Shown here: piece by piece, positions 1 through 12,480 of the stretch | Layout: each line of letters starts with the position of its first letter | How positions within the stretch are numbered: the stretch's first letter is position 1 | Assembly (NCBI GenBank): GCA_964016885.1 | Contig: OZ024740.1 | Location: forward strand, 284,766,001-284,830,000 | DNA length: 64,000 nucleotides | Source: Eledone cirrhosa | Taxonomy: Eukaryota | Reading direction: 5' to 3' | Position numbers and translations under genes: made by a program | Notes under the pieces: model-generated | What the model saw: only the letters and a program-made list of their open reading frames with translations | Database searches by the model: none | Told to the model about the DNA's origin: nothing

Positions 1-2139
1 ACTTGCCATCACCGACGCTGATAAGAAGGTAGCTTGGAAGTGTCACTATGAAAGGCTACTAAATGAGGAGAATAAATGGGAGAAAGACAGTCTCCCCCAT
101 ATCGACCCAATAGAGGGACCAGCAGTGTTAGTCGAGGGGAGTATAATAAGTAAGGCAATCAAGGATATGAAGACGGGTAAGGCGGCTGGGCCTTCGGAAA
201 TAGTTGCTGAGATGCTGAAGGCATCTGGCACGGTGGGACACACCATGGTCACCCGCATAGTTAACCAAGTCGTACAGAATGGGGTTGTTCCGAAGGACTG
301 GCATAGCAGCATCATCGTTAACTGTTATAAGGGTAAAGGAGACGCCCTAGATAGGAGTAACTATAGAGGCATTAAATTAATCGACCAGGTCATGAAGGTC
401 ACGGAAAAAGTAATAGCGCAACTAATCAGAGAGAGAATTGACCTAGATGAAATGCAGTTCGGGTTTGTGTCAGGCAAAAGTACCACAGACGCTCTTTTCA
501 TTGTACGACAACTACAGGAGAAGTACCTAGCTAAAGGTAAACCCCTCTACTTAGCTTTTGTCGACTTGGAGAAAGCCTTCGACAGAGTCCCCCGCTCCAT
601 TATCTGGTGGGCTCTTAGAAAACTAGGCGTTGACGAATGGCTTGTGAGAGCTATACAAGCCATGTATAAAGAAACAGTCAGCAAGGTTAGAATTAACAAC
701 GAATATAGTGAAGAGTTTAGCGTAAAAGTTGGCGTCCATCAGGGCTCTGTTCTCAGCCCCCTACTATTTATTATTGCCCTTCAGGCTATAACAGAGGAGT
801 TCAAGACCGGCTGCCCATGGGAACTCCTATACGCAGACGACCTGACACTCATAGCGGAATCAATGGCCGAGCTAGAGAAGAAATTCCAAACATGGAAGCA
901 CGGCCTAGAATCAAAAGGCCTTAAAATTAACCTGGCTAAGACTAAAGTTCTAGTTTGTAGGAAAGAAAATAAGGCGGCGGTCCCTTCTGGGAAATGGTCG
1001 TGCTCGGTGTGTAGGAAAGGCGTAGGTAGAAACTCCATTTTATGTCCTAAATGCAAAGTATGGGTGCATAAAAGATGTAGTGGGATCACAGGTAAGCTAA
1101 CTAAGAACATAGATTTTACATGTGGCCGGTGCTCTGGTGCAATAAGTAGCAGCAAGTGCCCACAAAATACTAGCTCTTTCAATTGCGCAGAGGGTTCTAT
1201 AGAAATAGTGGACAGTTTCCGTTACCTGGGTGATAAAATCAGCAGTGGAGGAGGGTGCTCTGAAAGTACAGTAGCTAGAGTCAGAACTGGTTGGAAAAAG
1301 TTCAGAGAGCTTATACCACTATTAGCTGCTAAAGGGTTCTCCCTAAAAATGAAAGGCAGGTTGTACGATGCCTGCATACGAACAGCAATGTTGCATGGCA
1401 GTGAGACCTGGGCATTGTGTGCAGAGGATATACGCAGACTAGAGAGGAACGAAGCTTGCATGCTCCGCTGGATGTGTAACAGTAATATACGTGAACGGCA
1501 AAGCATAAATGAACTAAGGAAAAAATTAGAAATAAGAGGGATCAGATGTTGTTTACTCGAGAGAAGGCTACGTTGGTATGGACACGTGATGCGCATGAAA
1601 GTCGATAGCTGTATAACAAAGTGCAGGGCAATAAAGATAGACGGTAGCCACGGAATAGGCAGACCTAGAAAAACCTGGGACGAGCTGATAAACTCCGACC
1701 TCACACACACCTCTCCAAGACAATGTCACTGGACCGAGACCTTTGGCGGTACTCGGTAACAGAGAAGACCCGCCTTACCTAAATACATAGTAAAACCTAC
1801 TACAGCCAGTAGGCATCTCTAACAAAATACCCCCCTCCCCATCCACACCACCCCGTTCTATGTAAAGTTATGTTGGTGCCACACCATCCAGGCTGAAACA
1901 AATGAGATCGTGTAGGTGTCACGACAAAAAAACACACAGTCCACGCTGTAATGTGGCCGTGTAGGCAACACGGTAAAAACCTCCCAGACCCACACTGTAA
2001 ATGTGGTTGGTGTTAGGAAGGGCATCCAACTGTAGAAAACCTGCCAGGCAGTCCTATGCGAGCAAGACAATCACTCTTGCCTCAAGTGGGACTACCCCCG
2101 TCCAAACCCATGCAAGCGTGGAACACGGACGTTAAACGT

Positions 2140-2168
<29 letters not shown>
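1..2168 (+). mobile_element. RTE-clade non-LTR retrotransposon (LINE), 3' part; 5' end lies beyond the window edge
   Basis: RT ORF followed by a ~400-bp 3' UTR ending in a (GAT)n tail at ~2140-2168. A near-identical 3' copy lies at 10167-10975 (-). Confidence 0.95.
2..1759 (+). CDS. LINE reverse transcriptase with an internal PHD-type (C4HC3) finger; C-terminus frameshifted
   Basis: Frame is open from base 2 (LAITDADKKVAWKCHYERLL...). RT motifs: NYRGIKL, QFGF, FVDLEKAFDRV, GVHQGSVLSP, LLYADD, FRYLG. A 4-bp deletion near 1705 relative to the 10.6-kb copy shifts the last ~20 codons. Confidence 0.92.
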   Translation, partial: LAITDADKKVAWKCHYERLLNEENKWEKDSLPHIDPIEGPAVLVEGSIISKAIKDMKTGKAAGPSEIVAEMLKASGTVGHTMVTRIVNQVVQNGVVPKDWHSSIIVNCYKGKGDALDRSNYRGIKLIDQVMKVTEKVIAQLIRERIDLDEMQFGFVSGKSTTDALFIVRQLQEKYLAKGKPLYLAFVDLEKAFDRVPRSIIWWALRKLGVDEWLVRAIQAMYKETVSKVRINNEYSEEFSVKVGVHQGSVLSPLLFIIALQAITEEFKTGCPWELLYADDLTLIAESMAELEKKFQTWKHGLESKGLKINLAKTKVLVCRKENKAAVPSGKWSCSVCRKGVGRNSILCPKCKVWVHKRCSGITGKLTKNIDFTCGRCSGAISSSKCPQNTSSFNCAEGSIEIVDSFRYLGDKISSGGGCSESTVARVRTGWKKFRELIPLLAAKGFSLKMKGRLYDACIRTAMLHGSETWALCAEDIRRLERNEACMLRWMCNSNIRERQSINELRKKLEIRGIRCCLLERRLRWYGHVMRMKVDSCITKCRAIKIDGSHGIGRPRKTWDELINSDLTHTSPRQCHWTETFGGTR

Positions 2169-2170
<2 letters not shown>

Positions 2171-2229
2171 ACTAAGTTCTGTTAAAATATAGAATCTTGT
2201 TGCGATGAAGGATCTTCAAATCGTTTATG

Positions 2230-2500
2230 CAACATAGAAGCTATGATATAGGGAGAATTTCATGACTGGCTTTTCCAATAAGTTGAATAAAGTGATGCAA
2301 CTACAGGAGTTTATGACAGTTATTCTTTTTACCAGACAGAATGTTATGAATAAAACATGGAGTTTGTCCAGGTTATCAGTAATCTAATCAAAGCCTTTGA
2401 TACTGTGAATATCATCATGGAAAATACTCTGCAACCTTGATTTTTGAGATTACTTTGTATAGATAATTAAATCATTTCATGATGAAATGAAAGCATAGGA
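2230..2500 (+). mobile_element. Highly decayed LINE RT fragment (RTE-like)
   Basis: Residual ...ECYE...NLIKAFDTVN (RT motif) with stops and frameshifts. Confidence 0.45.
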
Positions 2501-5500
2501 ACATGACAGAGCCTATTCTTGTGGAAAAGTGTCAAACAATCTTCCATCCTTATCTCAACTTTCATTTCCTAGTATTTTGCCAGAGCAAAATGTGTTTCAT
2601 TCACAGTCCATGTGTGTGAAAATTAAATGTGTATGTGCTAGGATACAGCTGTTTTTTACTACGGGTTATGTGCAAAAACAAAAAAAAAATGGAATCCTTC
2701 AAAGTGCTACAAAAGAAATGTTAAGCCTCAGGTAATCTCATATATAGCAAAAACTGGTTTATTTCTTCAGAGTCAAAAAAATACTTCAACACCCAACAGT
2801 TACTAAATCTTTAGAAAGTTCAAGTGTAACCCAGAATGGTATACTGCTACAAAATAGGAGGCAGTGCAACAACTACAGATGCCACCACCACCACAAAAAG
2901 CTCATTCGACACATTACAACTTCTAGTCCACAAACAAGCTATCTCCTCACAAACTTTTCTACCTCTACCTCAGTATCTTCTCTGCTCTTCAGACCTAGCT
3001 GGTCTTATGTCATTTCTATTCATTTCAACTATATTGTGTACCTCCATCCTAAGCCATACACTAGCCACCATGGGGGGGGGGGGGGGGGGGGGGGGTTCTA
3101 AAAGACATGAGCACAACCATTTCCTACACACCAACAACCATTTCCAACACACCAAGCCATTAAAATAAAGAAAATCATAAAATGAAATTATTTCTACTCC
3201 TAACATCCTGTATCACATTAAACAGCATTAGCAAGACATTCTTGAAAAGCACAAAACAACACTATAAATGTATCACATAATAATTTACTGCTAATCTTCA
3301 CAACAGTCTAACCACAAGTCAAAATATTAGAAGCATTTGAATTAATACCCATTTTTTGAGATTTTCAAACTTATTTTAGAATGCTTAGAGTTAAAATTCT
3401 GAATTGTATATTAGTTGTAGAACCCTACAAATTTATCCTGTCTTACTTGTTTCTGTAAAACATTTTAGTAGCTTCTGAGTTACAGTTCACTTCACAATAA
3501 ATAGATAGGAAAAATAGTAAATCTGAGCTCCTAGCTAACACACAAAAATGATTTTTTTTTTTATTAGTAGTATTCTGAAGTCCAAAGTAATAATAACTAG
3601 GATACAGCTGTATTTTTTTTTGTTTTTTTGTTTTTTTCACTGCGGTTAGGTTATGTGCAAAAAAAAAAAATACTGCTGCAGTAAGCTGTCATGTACAACT
3701 GCTGCTGCTGATTATTACAACTAGATTTGCTGCTAATCTCATCCTGCTGCTTTTTGCACCAAGTGTACAGAAATAATGAAGGATTGATGTATTTGAGTAA
3801 GATTTTAAAATAACTAAAAAAAAAAAAAAAAAGGCCTCTCATTTTTCAACTTGGAAATGTCAATGAGAAGAAACAGACAAAAGTGTTAGCCTGCCTTTTT
3901 CTTTGTTCATTACATCCAGAAGGGGTTAATAGCACTTGTTTTTTCATTAAAACCTCTTCCAGATTGAAAGTAACATATTTGCGGGAGATTAAGTGATTAA
4001 TGTTTAGTTTGAACTGTTACAGGTTAGTAGTTACAGGAAAAATGGCATACTAGTGAAACATCATGAACACACACAAACATACAACTTTCAAACCTCAAAG
4101 TTATCCCAATAGACCATTGTTCACTTACTAAGGTCTTACAATAACAAGTATTTTATTAAATTGAATACATTGTTTCTTTTAGCAATCATAGCCGCCTCTA
4201 TTCATCTTTATACTATCACCACGTACTCTCTGTACCTACTTCATTTTCAAATCACCTCTACAATGTATCTGCTTTGCCCAAGAACACAACATGCTTCCTG
4301 GTCCAGGAATCAAACTTAGAGTAGCATAGAGTCAGAGAAATAAGAGGGAAAACAGTGACATTCAATTGTTCAGAAGAACAGAACATTGTGGTAACAAGGA
4401 AAGAGACAGAATACACAGCCTGGTGACTAAGTACATTGCTGTAGTATTGTCGATTCTTCTCTATACACAAAGGCTGGTCATCATTGAAATCAAATATACA
4501 GGGTTGTATCTTCTTCCATTCTTCCTGATGTGGTACAATCCAAAAATTTATATTTAGATAAATCCGATTAAAAATACATTTATACAGTCTCTCATTAACA
4601 TACTCTAGGCAAGATACCATCTACCAAAGAACTGAGCACCTTCTTTGCCAACTGTCTTCATTCATGCAGAGCTGATAACCAAACCAACATAGCTGCCTAT
4701 CTCCTCAATATCAAACACACCAGGACAGTCTCTTATGTTATGTAGAGCAATTATCTAACAGGTTGCCAAGCAGTGAACAGAGAAATGGCCAACAACTAAC
4801 ATGATTACTTATAAACTATATGAAACTTGGTATCAGTGGATTCTTCATAGGTTTACTGATCCAATTTGGGGCTGAGCTAACCTAATGAAAATCATGAAAA
4901 GTATTTGGTCTTGCTTCAAATAAGTTGTATAATCATATTCATACTATATATTTCTCATACTTCCACCTACTCTATCAACTAAATAATACATATATATTTT
5001 TCAAGTCCTTTTTCAGTTTGCAGTAAAGAGTCAGCAGACAAAAGCCAAGTACAAACAATCTTCTACTTAACAAAGGATGTCTTTTCTTGTAGACAGATTT
5101 GTGTTGCTTAGCACAGAAATCGAAAAAAGATCAACATTACAATACTTTCAGACAAGAATGTCAAATTTCATGGCAAGAAGGAGATTTTGACAACTGTATT
5201 ATTAATTGTTTGTCACCTTTGTTTCTTCCTTAACAATTGAACTTTGTTTCTCACATTCGTCATACACTAAATTTAAATATACAGGATATTTAAGTCAGGA
5301 CAGATAACCCTGTATGACAGTAAAGAATCTTTGTTGAACAAACAAACAGGTCAATTAGAAAACAAAGACGTGATTAGAGCTTGATTTTTAGCAATTAAAA
5401 TAAAATATACCTTGTATCTTATTGATCCCTTCACTGAGGACATTCAGGAAATGTTGGTACCATTACATTTAACTATCAATACATGTTATTTAGAGCTACT

Positions 5501-7424
5501 CCTATATCTTGGGTCACATTTAGGAGTTTTTAGTTTGTATTATGTTGCAACAAATTAAAAAAAGATTAATAAAAGACTGATTTTACATAGGAAATAAAAG
5601 AAGCTCCTTTGAACTAATGTTTAGGGAAGCTTCTTATATTAAATCAATTTCTGACTTCTTGACAGCATAATGAGATGTGCTAATTAAAAGGTTCTTTAGG
5701 CCATCTATATATTCTGATTTGTTAGAATTTAAATCAAACTTCAAAAACAATTAGGGTAAATTACCCAATATAGCTAGCTCCCTTTGTTTGCTAATTATCT
5801 CGAAGAGCAATAAATGCTCCACTATTTACAGTTTGTTATATCATTCAGAAATAAACTTTAAATAACTTTAAATAACTTTTTTGTTATCATTCTTACCTTA
5901 TTTTTGTGAGATCAATTTGCATTAAATTATTTATACCACTTCCTAAAACAAACTTTAAAAGACATGTAGCTACTAGCCAACTCCACTGAAAGTAATTATT
6001 TTATATACATTTTCTGCTTTTTTTTTCTATTAGCAATCTAACACACCACCCCACTCTCAACCCCACAAAGGGTAATTTAAATAAAAAAAGATAACTTATT
6101 TAGTGTTAGGTCGACACTAGACAGAAGCATCCAATATCTTATCAGTTTGGCATACTATTAGATAAGTATTTTCCAACTAACCTCAAACAATGAATGCTAT
6201 GTGGACCAAGAGTAACTAATGTAAATAGAAACTAGACCAACAAAAATGCAGATATTGACAGATTATGAAAAGAATAATTCACGTTAAGAAAAATACATAT
6301 ACAAGAAAATACACTGTCAGATTGGATTGGAGACGTAAACCCTCTCTTATGAGAATACAAACTAGTTACATAAATAAATTTATTGAAATAAACACTTGTC
6401 ATATGAACAAAACCTTTCATAACATTAATTGGTATGGTAAAGCTGTCTACAATACTTTAGAAGAATGGAAGAATAGCCCACAGTAATTAGACAACCAGAT
6501 GGATAGCCAATAAAGGGTGCATAATGTAACTTTTTAAAAATTTCTAGGAGGGAACCTGAACATAAAGGTCCATGAAATTAATAAAATTGAAAGTCTGCAA
6601 GAGACAGGCATGAAAATATGATTCTATAACGAGGAAGTTGTATATTAGCCAAGGTTGCATGGACGGAGAGAGAAAAAGATATATAGTGATACCCAACAGT
6701 GAGAAACATGGTAGTTATGTGTTAAGATAAACCAATCAGTAAGAGAGATATGTGGAAGAAAAAGAAAATGAATGCAAAGCTTAGTTGGAATCTAAATGTA
6801 AAGCTAGAAGATGTATTTCAGAAGTATTTAACAGAGTGAAACAGGATTTCTGATATGCTAAAAATGGAGGATGAAAAGCATAAAATGCTAAGAACAACAA
6901 GACTGATAATAACTCAAGATGCTTGGGCTTTCAGTAAGAATGGAAAGAATGACATGTGGAAGTATTATTAGTGACTGTTACATAAATTGACTTGGGTGAG
7001 GAGAATATACAGCAAGAAAACCTAGTAAGTAGACTAAGTATACAAATTAGGGAAGCATTGGTAACCTAAGTGATTAGAATAATGAAAGCTGAGACACCTA
7101 CAGATCCTTAAGTGTTACAACAAAAATACTAAATAACTGAGTGGGTAAAAGAGCCAGTAATTCACTAACTAACTTTACACATGTAGTTCTACTGAAGGCA
7201 TGTCTGCTCTATAGCCTAATCCCACAAAAAGTATTGTGATGAATTAGAAAGTATAAATTATTCAAAGTTAAAATAGACTAAGTAAATGAGTGTTGGCATA
7301 TATCATATACTGCATATACCTGTATATAACATACCTAATGAAACAGTTCTAAGAAAAGCAACAGCATTTTAAGATTGTTGACTAGACAGTATTCTAACCA
7401 CGAGTACAGAAAACTATTTCCTAA

Positions 7425-8035
7425 TCAGGTGGAGAAGTTCAAGTATCTTGAGGCTGTGTTCACAAGTGAAGGAAGGCAGGAGGCTGAATTAAGTGCAGGA
7501 ATTGCAGGAGCTGGTGCAGTAATGTGCCAGCTTTAGCATTCGGTAATCAGTAGGGAGGTAGGAGTAAAAGCCAAACTTGCTATCTCCAATTTATTTATAC
7601 CAACCCTTACCCATGGTCATGAATCTTGGGTAATACCGAAAGAGAACAATTGTGAATACAAGCGGCCGAAATGGGATTCTTTCAAAGGGTCTTTGAAGTA
7701 ACGTTACTCAATAGAGTGTGTAGCTCTGAGATCAGAAAGTCGCTCCAAGTAGAGCTGCTGCTTCTCCAAATTAAAAGATCACAGCTCCAATACCATGGGC
7801 ATGTGGTTAGAATGTCTCAGGAAAGAATCGCTGGACAGATTTTATGGGCAAAACCATCCGGCAGGAGACCCAGGGGTAGACCCCAAACAAGATGGTTAGA
7901 TAACATCCATGAGCTCAGCTGGTCTCACTTGAGGATCCATCCAGATCAGTTGGAAATGCTTGCTTCTGACAGGACCCACTGGAAGGAATGCTTCCATGAC
8001 CCTCTCAGCAATAAGTGGGCAAAGAAAAAGCAGTT
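7425..8035 (+). mobile_element. RTE-type LINE 3' fragment (second family)
   Basis: QVEKFKYL, PTLTHGHESW, IQAAEM, HVVRM, GRRPRGRPQTRWLD, DRTHW. Homologous to 41690-42085 (+) and 61590-62120 (-). Confidence 0.85.
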
Positions 8036-9495
8036 TAACCACAGCATATCCTTACAAGTAACATGACACAATTATCTGTATTCTTGGTGTCTTTCTCAAA
8101 GTTGCATAAATCTGATATGGGAACATAAAGTCCATGTCTATGGATGCAAATATTGGACACATCCTGGAGTCGCTGAATATTTCAAGCCTTACAATATACA
8201 CCCTCATCCAAGTTATCTTACAGAGGTTAATCGAGCCTCAGTCTGTGTCTAAGTGGCATTCTACTGACCTCACCACTAAGACAAACTATCTCGCTCAAAA
8301 TGACACTGTCATGATCAAATACAGTTATTTCCCAACTTCTAGATCAAAATACGTTTGTCACTTTAATCTGTTTCAAACTAAGGAGGTTACCAGACACAGA
8401 ACTGTGACAGCAGCTAGCCAAAGAATGACCTCAATTTCCAGTACCATCTTTGACTTCAGAAACCTAGACTAATTAGATGACCCTATACATTTCAATATCA
8501 ACAAAGTCAAGTTCATATCAACTTGATCTCAATAGAAACCCCATATTCATGTATAAAGAAATGTGAAAAGAAAACTACAGTAATATGTGGCAGTCATGTT
8601 TAAAGAAGTCTGGAATAGCGACATATGTATTGATTGGGTAAGTTGATTTGAGCATGAGCTTTTTCGAGTGCTAGCATTATCAGTCCTTATGTGCAATTCA
8701 CTATGGAATTCATTTTAAATACAGAAATTGAAATAAAATAATGCTTAATAGCTTCAAGATAAACAAATAAAAAATATATTTGTGAATATGTAAGGAAGAA
8801 TACTATGTAGATATGCAGCCAACAAAAAAAAAATTATCATTGCATTTCAGTTTTAATATTATTGAATCATATGTTATCAATAATAATTGAAAGAAAACAT
8901 GTCTCAATAGTAATTGTTTTTAGGCTATCTGCTTTCTGTCAGACCAATTCCTTAGGCAGAGCCAAGAAACCTGGTCTGTCCTGCTTTTCTATTGCAGCTG
9001 ACATTATATACATGCATACATCCACATAGTTAAGGAATTTTCCTGTTCTAGCAGCAGCTATAGAAGGCACCAACCACAATTGAAAGTAGAAAAGAAGGAA
9101 AATTATCATCTCATGACAGTGGGTGGTTTGGGGATAATTTAGTTATAGATTTGAAAATTCTTTTTAAAATACAGAACAAAAAGAATGAAAACACGTAAAT
9201 TTAATTTCCATCTGTTCATAACAAGATGAATTATTAAGGAATTCAATATCTTTAAAACATTTTGGAGGAGATAACTTGTGGCTATCAGTGAATGTAAAAG
9301 ATAACATTTAAATGAAGTCAGCTTCTCACTATTGAGGGAGTAGGCAAATCTCAATAAACATTTTACCATATTTCATTTAGTGCCTAGTGTTTCTGCTTTC
9401 AAATCTCACTAAAGTTTGCCTGAATTAAATTAAGTAGTACTGCACATGAAGGGCAGTATGCTCAAAAGAATTTCATTTCCAACATTCTAACTGTG

Positions 9496-9770
9496 GAGAT
9501 GCATGGCCTAGTGGTAAGGGTGTTGGACTTACGATTATGTTGTGGGTTCGATTCCTGGGCTGGGTTGTGTGTTGTGTTCTTGAGCAAAACACTTCATTTC
9601 ACATTGCGGGGATACTCAGCTGTAAATGAGTACCAGCAATAGCTTGGGGTTTAACCCTGCAATGGACTGGTGTCTTGTCTAGGGAGATGTCTTGTACTCT
9701 CAGTCGCTTCACACCATGAAACAGGAATAAGCACCGGCCTAATGAGCCTTCTGGCTTAAGACAGACTTTT
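9496..9770 (+). mobile_element. tRNA-derived SINE with CORE-like centre and Nin/Deu-like 3' part
   Basis: A box TGGCCTAGTGG, B box GGTTCGATTCC, then CTTGAGCAAAACACTT...CAGCTGTAAATGAG, then ACCCTGCAATGGACTGG...AGTCGCTTCA...GAAACAGGAATAAGC. The Nin/Deu label is from recalled similarity only. Confidence 0.75.
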
Positions 9771-10166
9771 AGACATTCTAACCAATATGACATAACATTC
9801 GCAATTGAACATTTTAAATGACAATTACTTATTTAACACATGGAAAAGAACAAACAAACTGTAACCATGCTAGAACTTTATTAACTGGTAGAATAAATAA
9901 GATTGATCAGACTAAGGGATAAAGATGGTCTTATCATAACTGGAATTAAGTACTGTGAGATAATAAACCATTTGTTAAACTGTAGATTAGCACTATGCCA
10001 GAAAAATGTTTCTCCCTTCATATTCAGTTTTCACTGAAGCAAACAGAGGAAAATGAAAAAGTTTAATATCTTATACAGTATGTCATGAATGCTGGAATTT
10101 GACCCAAGTAAAGTGATAACACTTCATACAAAACACTTTAGATGTCCATTATATATATATATATAT

Positions 10167-10203
<37 letters not shown>

Positions 10204-10975
10204 ACGTTTAACGTCCGTGTTCCACGCTTGCATGGGTTTGGACGGGGGTAGTCCCACTTGAGGCAAGAGTGATTGTCTTGCTCACATAGGACTGTCTGGC
10301 AGGTTTTCTACAGTTGGATGCCTTTCCTAACACCAACCACATTTACAGTGTGGGTCTGGGAGGTTTTTACCGTGTTGCCTACACGGCCACATTACAGCGT
10401 GGACTGTGTGTTTTTTTGTCGTGACACCTACACGATCTCATTTGTTTCGGCCTGGATGGCGCGGCACCAATACAACTTTACATAGAACGGGGTGGTGTGG
10501 ATGGGGGGGGGGGGGGTGTAGTTTGTTAGAGATGCCTACTGGCAAGGCGGGTCTTCTCTGTTACTGAGTACCGCCAAAGGTCACGGTCCAGTGACATTGT
10601 CTTGGAGAGGTGTAAGTGTGTGAGGTCGGAGTTTATCAGCTCATCCCATGTTTTTCTAGGTCTGCCTATTCCGTGGCTACCGTCTATCTTTATTGCCCTG
10701 CACTTTGTAATACAGCTATCGACTTTCATGCGCATCACGTGTCCATACCAACGCAGCCTTCTCTCGAGTAAACAACATCTGATCCCTCTTATCTCTAATT
10801 TTTTCCTTAGTTCGTTTATGCTTTGCCGTTCACGTATATTACTGTTACACATCCAGCGGAGCATGCAAGCTTCGATCCTCTCTAGTCTGCGTATATCCTC
10901 TGCACACAATGCCCAGGTCTCACTACCATGCAACATTGCTGTTCGTATGCAGGCACCGTACAACCTGCCTTTCAT
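10167..10975 (-). mobile_element. 5'-truncated young copy of the RTE LINE at 1-2168
   Basis: Reverse complement of 1349-2168 with few differences, (ATC)n tail, (TA)n on both sides. Confidence 0.95.
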
Positions 10976-11799
10976 ATATATATATATATTTACACACACA
11001 TATATATAGGTCAGTGTTCCATTTGTTTCATCAACTTCCTAGTAGAAAAATATGTTGACAATATAGCAATATGCATTCAGGTGAATATAGCATGAATATA
11101 AAATAATATAAATGAATATAGAAGGAAAACAGCTAAATTCAACTATGTTGGCATGTCACTTAACTGAGATAATGAACGAGATTTTTAAAAAAACTTTTTT
11201 CTTCTAGATCAATGGTTCTCATGCCAGAGTATGATTTAATTAAGTAATAAGTAAAATATGCATTGATATCCAGCTACTTAATTCAGATAAATTTATAAAG
11301 TTGAGGCATACAATGTTAGCAACATTTTCTAATATAGTGACTAACTGCATCACTGTTGCAGTTCTTCACAGAACATAATTGTCTATGCACACATAGATCA
11401 GTTGGGAAGAACAGACATTTTACTGACTGACTGACATTGAGATTTATTGACTGTCATTGAGAAAGTCACTCAAACTGGAAAAGTGTACATGTCCGAATGG
11501 CAATTGTGTCAAGTCACTTTAATCTTTGATATAATGACAGGTAAAAATACTACAATGAAACACGAGTTATTCAAATTCTTTTTCTATTACAAAGAACATT
11601 AGCCTTATTGAAACAGTTTTTCAAGGTTAAAATGGGTGGACATACCAAACCCACACCTGTTTAGAAACTCCATTGAATAACTGTGCAGATTTTTTTTATG
11701 ATCAATGTTTAGTTTGATAGAAACAATGGACTTATAAACACTTGATTTATTTTATGCTTATTCAATACAACTTGAACACCATAAGCAGCAAAATAACTG

Positions 11800-12076
11800 T
11801 AAAGTCATGTTGGTACCACAACATCCAGTCCAAAATAATAAGGTTGTGTATGCGTGTCACAACAAAAAAACAGAGTCCACACTGTAAATGTGGCCATGTA
11901 GGTAATATGGTAAAAAGCTCCCAGTCCACACTGTAAATGTGGTTGGTGTTAGGCAGGGCATCCAGCCATAGAAAACCTGCCAGATAGTCCTATACGAGTG
12001 AGACAACTCCCATCTAACCCATGCTAGAGTGGAAGATAGACGTTTAAATGATGATGATGATGATGATGATGATGAT
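11800..12076 (+). mobile_element. RTE 3'UTR-derived fragment
   Basis: CACACTGTAAATGTGGTTGGTGTTAGG...GGGCATCCAGC...(GAT)n matches the LINE 3' UTR at 1870-2168. Confidence 0.85.
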
Positions 12077-12149
12077 AGAGCATTGGATTAAATACATTTG
12101 TATTTGTTCTCGCTATGTATATTCTGCCAGATCATATCAGGAATAGAAA

Positions 12150-12480
12150 CAGTTTCCTAGATCTAATATCAAGTGGCTCCTTTCCTTAACACAATTTGGA
12201 AGCTTAATTTTGCCATCAGAGTGGTTGTTTTCAATCCTATAGTATCATATTTTCTATCAAAATTCTTGGTGCTTTTTTTTTCCCCCAAACAGATGCAACC
12301 AGTGTCAATTTATTTTGCCTGTTTGTTCTGGATATCACTACTGCATACAAAATCCTTGTCAATGGAAATTGGAATATTGTAAGTTCAATCAGCTCTGGGA
12401 CCACTTTTATAGAACAATGCAGCCACTCTTGTAGGCGCAACAGAGAGACATTTTTGTGAGTTTAAAAAATCCTGATTCGA
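12150..12480 (-). mobile_element. Possible decayed LINE RT fragment
   Basis: Minus-strand ALFYKSGPRAD*TYNIPIS resembles the LLYKKGDRxDLxNYRPIS motif. Confidence 0.3.

Noticed and set aside
781-1710. Antisense ORFs over LINE copies (also 10602-11009, 48556-49062)
   Set aside because: Shadow frames of RT coding sequence.
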